DNA of 20,198 nt, taken from positions 1 through 20,198 of the forward strand of contig JAZLKX010000003.1 of assembly GCA_045597865.1 (NCBI GenBank), given 5' to 3'. The stretch's first letter is position 1, and every line of letters starts with the position of its first letter. Of the stretch, positions 17,501-20,198 are shown one piece after another. Under the pieces are notes generated by a model that saw nothing but the letters and a program-made list of their open reading frames with translations, was not told the DNA's origin and searched no databases. Both the position numbers and the translations under genes were made by a program. Source of the stretch: Bacilli bacterium. GTDB taxonomy: Bacteria > Bacillota_I > Bacilli_A > RFN20 > CAG-826.

Positions 17501-20112
17501 ATGTCGAAGTTATTCCAGCAAACGCAAGATTTAATATTCTCTTTGAAAATGGAAGAGCAGTTATTAAATGTGCAAATGATAAAACAAGTGCTGGTGTTCT
17601 TTCCTTCTATAATCCAACAGGTTTACCAAATTCATTCTCTTGTGTTAAAGCAGAATCTGCTCAATCATATGCAAAGGTTGCAATGTATATTAAAGACTTA
17701 CCAATCGAAAGCGTAAACATTGTTCAAGACAGCTTAACACTTGATTTAATTGAAGATACTGAAGGCTATTTAAACTATGAAATCACCCCATCTTCAGTTA
17801 TGCCAGAAAGCGTTGAATGGTCCTTAAAAAATAATACTGGGGCCGTATCAATTGACCAAACCGGTAAAGTTACAGCATTACAAAACGGTAGTGATGTAGC
17901 AGTTGTTACTGTTAATGGTGAATTCACAGACGAATGTCCAATTACAGTTAATTATGGACCAACAGTTGTCACAGGTGTTTCCTTAGATAATGAAGAATTA
18001 AGCATTGTTGAAGGCGCAAAAGCAACATTGGTTGCAACAGTTGCACCAGAAGAAGCAACAAATAAAAATGTTTCCTGGACTTCAACAAACGAAACCGTCG
18101 CCACTGTTGACAACGGTGTTATCACAGCTAAGGCTCCAGGCGACACAATAATTACTGTCATAACAGCTGATCAAGGTAAAACAGCAACATGTTCAGTTAC
18201 AGTTACAGCTGCAAAAGTTGCAACAATGACAGCTGAAAATGATTTTACTGGTGGCTCATACGCACCTAATGCATATGAGAGATATGCTTCTGATGAGTCT
18301 GGACTTGCATTTAATTGTGTTGATGTTATGTCAACTGGTTCAGGTGAAAGCAAACAAATTCAATTTAAAAAATCAACCGGAATACTTTGGAACACATCCG
18401 CTGTTACTAATATATTTAAACTTTCATTTGCTACAGGTGAAGGAGCAAAACTTCCAACAGTCTATGCTGGAAATAGTGTAAAACCAACAGAAGGCACAGT
18501 AATTGAACCAACAGTAAATGCTGAAACTGGAATCGTATCATATGATTTCGGAGGTAGCTATAGTTACTTTGCACTTATTGGCCACAAAGACGGACCTGCA
18601 GTTATTGGAGACATTTTAATTAAATATGCAAGTATTAGTGAATACTCAATTCCTGTTACTGGTTTAACACTAGATTTAACTGTATTAGATTTATCTCCAT
18701 CAAGCGAACCAGTCCAATTAACAGAAACCATTTCACCAAGTACAGCTGTTGACAAAACAGTAACTTGGTCAATTAAAGACGGTTCTGACGATTGTGTCAC
18801 AGTTGTTGATGGATTAGTTACTCCAAAAGCAACAGGAACAGCAACAATTGTTTGTACTTCAAATGACAATTCAAACGTGTTTGCTGAATGTACAGTAACT
18901 GTTTCAAATGTTGAAAAGAAAATAGATGTTGATAAGGTTGATGCATTAGTAGTAACGCCAGATACTCTTGGATTAAGTGGTTCATATTCAACAACAGAAA
19001 CAACTACAGCTGACGGTAATTATTCTTATATTAGTGCTATGAAGGGAAGCAGCAGCATTCAAATGAAAAAAGATGGTGGTGGTGAACTTCATAACAACTA
19101 TGCATTTAGTAGAGAAATTAAATATGTAAAAATTTCAATCACAAAAGCTGCAGCTGACACTGCAAAAGCTTCAATATTCTTTGGCGATGCAAAGGGTCCA
19201 ACAGAAAACGGAATTGCGCTAGGAAGCGGAGGCTCATACGCAATCAATACTGTTGGCAATATTGTTATTAAACCTGAAGCAGGGTCAACATATTTCAGCT
19301 TAAAAGCAACAAACGGCACAATTTATTTTGCATCAATTGAGTTCGGATTTGTTGACTATGCAGCTCCAGCACTTGAAGACGTTTCATTAGATCCTGAAGA
19401 ACTCGAAATAGCCGTCGGAGATGATGATGTAATATTAGAACCAATATTCTCCCCTTCTGATGCTGAGCCAAAATCTGTATCTTGGTCTTCAGATCACCCA
19501 GAATACGCAACCGTAACAAACGGAACCGTTCATGCGGTTGCTGCTGGAACAGCAAACATTACCTATACAGCAGACGGAAAAACTGCAACCTGTGTTGTTA
19601 CTGTGCAAAATAAAACAGAAACTGATGATGTAACAATTACAACAAAAGGTTTTGCTGATATTACCGCAAGCGGTTACCAAAATTCAAATCAACAAGCAAC
19701 GGTTGAAGGCGTTGGAACGTTATCAATGTATGGCTACAACGGTTCAAATGGACAAGTAAGAGGAAGTAAAACAGCAATAGCTTCTTCTTCAACTACTAGT
19801 GATACTGGAAACTGGCATATCTATAACACTACCGAGTTAAGTGGTGAGCTACTTTATGTGACAATCACAACAACTTCAACAGGCAGTAATAAGTTCCAAA
19901 ATAACTTATATTTAGTATACGGTACTGAGGTTTTAGGAGATATTACAGCATTGCCAGAAGAAAACTATATTGCAGGTACGGTAACAGATACAAAAATTAC
20001 ATTTGATTTAACAAAAGTTGGGCAAATAAAATACTTTAAGATTTGTTCAAAAGAAAAGTTTACTTCCGGAACTGTTTCTGGGGTTTCTGTTACCTTCTCT
20101 TTTGCAAAATAA
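14593..20112 (+). CDS. Giant modular surface lipoprotein (many Big_2/Big_3 Ig-like domains, beta-trefoil-like and beta-sandwich modules)
   Basis: Lipobox LAG-C and SD GAGAGGA. Repeated P..ATNKNV.W.S....VATV.NG.ITA...G...IT (Big_2) and PTKLEYFVGQALDTTGMVVTAHFDN (Big_3). Confidence 0.9.
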   Translation: MKKKSILLFLPLAAMALAGCGDKNQKPQCDTATVSLDSQAISIDIGETKKLNVTTSVENCGVTWSSDDPAVATVDQNGNVTGVGGGETFVYAKVNDQNNVCCLVTVNGGQPIIHAQSIQLDSPLSSRMEMVVDDEVEINITVLPENTTDKNVTITSSNPNVVLVTDSATLLAVGDGDAKITITSDDVSTVTAEINITVLPKVLKAPEETVDGLELLHDEVLNDGDFVYFTAINGMNSYVMKAHSGSENNIKPAENTVVGDKLGVNTLGHLYSVIKNDDNTYSFADYTGGIDKPKYLAAKGGANNNYLKTDNEIKDISKFNVSISDGKASIVCIDEGTASNTIAFNTKDSIFSCYQPSKLGDKAPIQIYRADSSHDVPVTAVEFDVEAYEVPVDGSVEVGAHVYPKFATDQEIEYSLTGVEPSDSIILEGNVLKATGVGTATLVARSNSGNVENSVPVTSYNVTPIVEDGMYTISHTRDGVTYYMMNNAGKAAITTDQDDATVVDFIKVEHKINTYRIKVSDNSTEYLHADDSAALSFVEGVENASEFVIAEGTKESGAYDITIQIGDAIKHLGIPSQGKLEEFKLYANASTENTDLTPGVVKHLTGITVDTEPTKLEYFVGQALDTTGMVVTAHFDNETDRVITDYDVSDAPFEEAGEAVVVTVNYKGFNDTFTVLVKERSLLSIAIDGDMDNKNYQRTESFDPTGLRVMGTYDNEDYEEVNAALYTWSYDPEKANTVGDNQTVIVTATMNAGSIEPAIKAVTGVNVSKLHVTDVVIAGNATQIIEVGQTLSLTATVKPTGADDPLVAFSAEEGKESVLSVSQDGIVTATGVGSAKVIATSLEEGVAEPVTDTVTIQVVEALPNNTTDGFRKFLKLQDITEGASVKFFVSTTGGAVYGMGSNDAEEAKHQPGVECLVESEQIAPAAEVAEFQIVTNDDSTYSFLKDGKYLSAAGGATNGLKLVSKTLVDDVEVIPANARFNILFENGRAVIKCANDKTSAGVLSFYNPTGLPNSFSCVKAESAQSYAKVAMYIKDLPIESVNIVQDSLTLDLIEDTEGYLNYEITPSSVMPESVEWSLKNNTGAVSIDQTGKVTALQNGSDVAVVTVNGEFTDECPITVNYGPTVVTGVSLDNEELSIVEGAKATLVATVAPEEATNKNVSWTSTNETVATVDNGVITAKAPGDTIITVITADQGKTATCSVTVTAAKVATMTAENDFTGGSYAPNAYERYASDESGLAFNCVDVMSTGSGESKQIQFKKSTGILWNTSAVTNIFKLSFATGEGAKLPTVYAGNSVKPTEGTVIEPTVNAETGIVSYDFGGSYSYFALIGHKDGPAVIGDILIKYASISEYSIPVTGLTLDLTVLDLSPSSEPVQLTETISPSTAVDKTVTWSIKDGSDDCVTVVDGLVTPKATGTATIVCTSNDNSNVFAECTVTVSNVEKKIDVDKVDALVVTPDTLGLSGSYSTTETTTADGNYSYISAMKGSSSIQMKKDGGGELHNNYAFSREIKYVKISITKAAADTAKASIFFGDAKGPTENGIALGSGGSYAINTVGNIVIKPEAGSTYFSLKATNGTIYFASIEFGFVDYAAPALEDVSLDPEELEIAVGDDDVILEPIFSPSDAEPKSVSWSSDHPEYATVTNGTVHAVAAGTANITYTADGKTATCVVTVQNKTETDDVTITTKGFADITASGYQNSNQQATVEGVGTLSMYGYNGSNGQVRGSKTAIASSSTTSDTGNWHIYNTTELSGELLYVTITTTSTGSNKFQNNLYLVYGTEVLGDITALPEENYIAGTVTDTKITFDLTKVGQIKYFKICSKEKFTSGTVSGVSVTFSFAK

Positions 20113-20120
20113 TTTAATGC

Positions 20121-20167
20121 AAATAAAGATCAACCTCTACGATTAACTCGCAAGTTGATCTTTTATT
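20121..20167 (+). terminator. Intrinsic terminator, conserved 3' element copy 2
   Basis: AAAGATCAAC...GTTGATCTTTT. It differs from 14347-14391 by one indel and one substitution. Confidence 0.85.
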
Positions 20168-20198
20168 ATGCGTATAAGCACTTTCTTTATATTAAATA

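Noticed and set aside
1068-19680. Short alternative-frame and antisense ORFs in the track (e.g. 1068-1250, 1586-1813, 3072-3428, 4491-4751, 18564-18869)
   Set aside because: They lie within or almost entirely overlap well-supported genes and have no recognisable motifs, so they are treated as shadow ORFs.
9779-20164. CRISPR array or diversity-generating retroelement
   Set aside because: The repeats are kilobases apart with no spacers or cas genes. No reverse transcriptase is present, and the differences in the 612-nt duplication are not adenine-specific.

Overview
AT-rich bacterial window. TGA acts as a stop (code 11), and the gene content suggests uncultured Bacilli of RF39/RFN20 type (inference). 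The left part is mostly housekeeping: partial rplI, the DnaB helicase, a WalJ/YycJ-like MBL hydrolase, a complete tmRNA (ssrA) absent from the ORF track, and rlmH. These are interspersed with lipoproteins, membrane proteins and a TupA-like ATP-grasp gene. The right half holds two giant, modular, paralogous surface lipoproteins (1484 and 1839 aa; Ig-like, OB-fold-like and beta-trefoil-like modules). The strongest unexplained signal is non-coding. Both giant genes share the same frame: a sigma-A promoter, then a conserved ~110-nt leader I cannot match to a known family (covarying terminator-like hairpin, mutually exclusive antiterminator, short leader ORF MIYETxxVVNTK), then a nearly identical 45-nt 3' hairpin that resembles the leader's 5' end. 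There is also a composition and codon-usage switch inside dnaB (~1560), suggesting an assembly chimera or a recombination junction.
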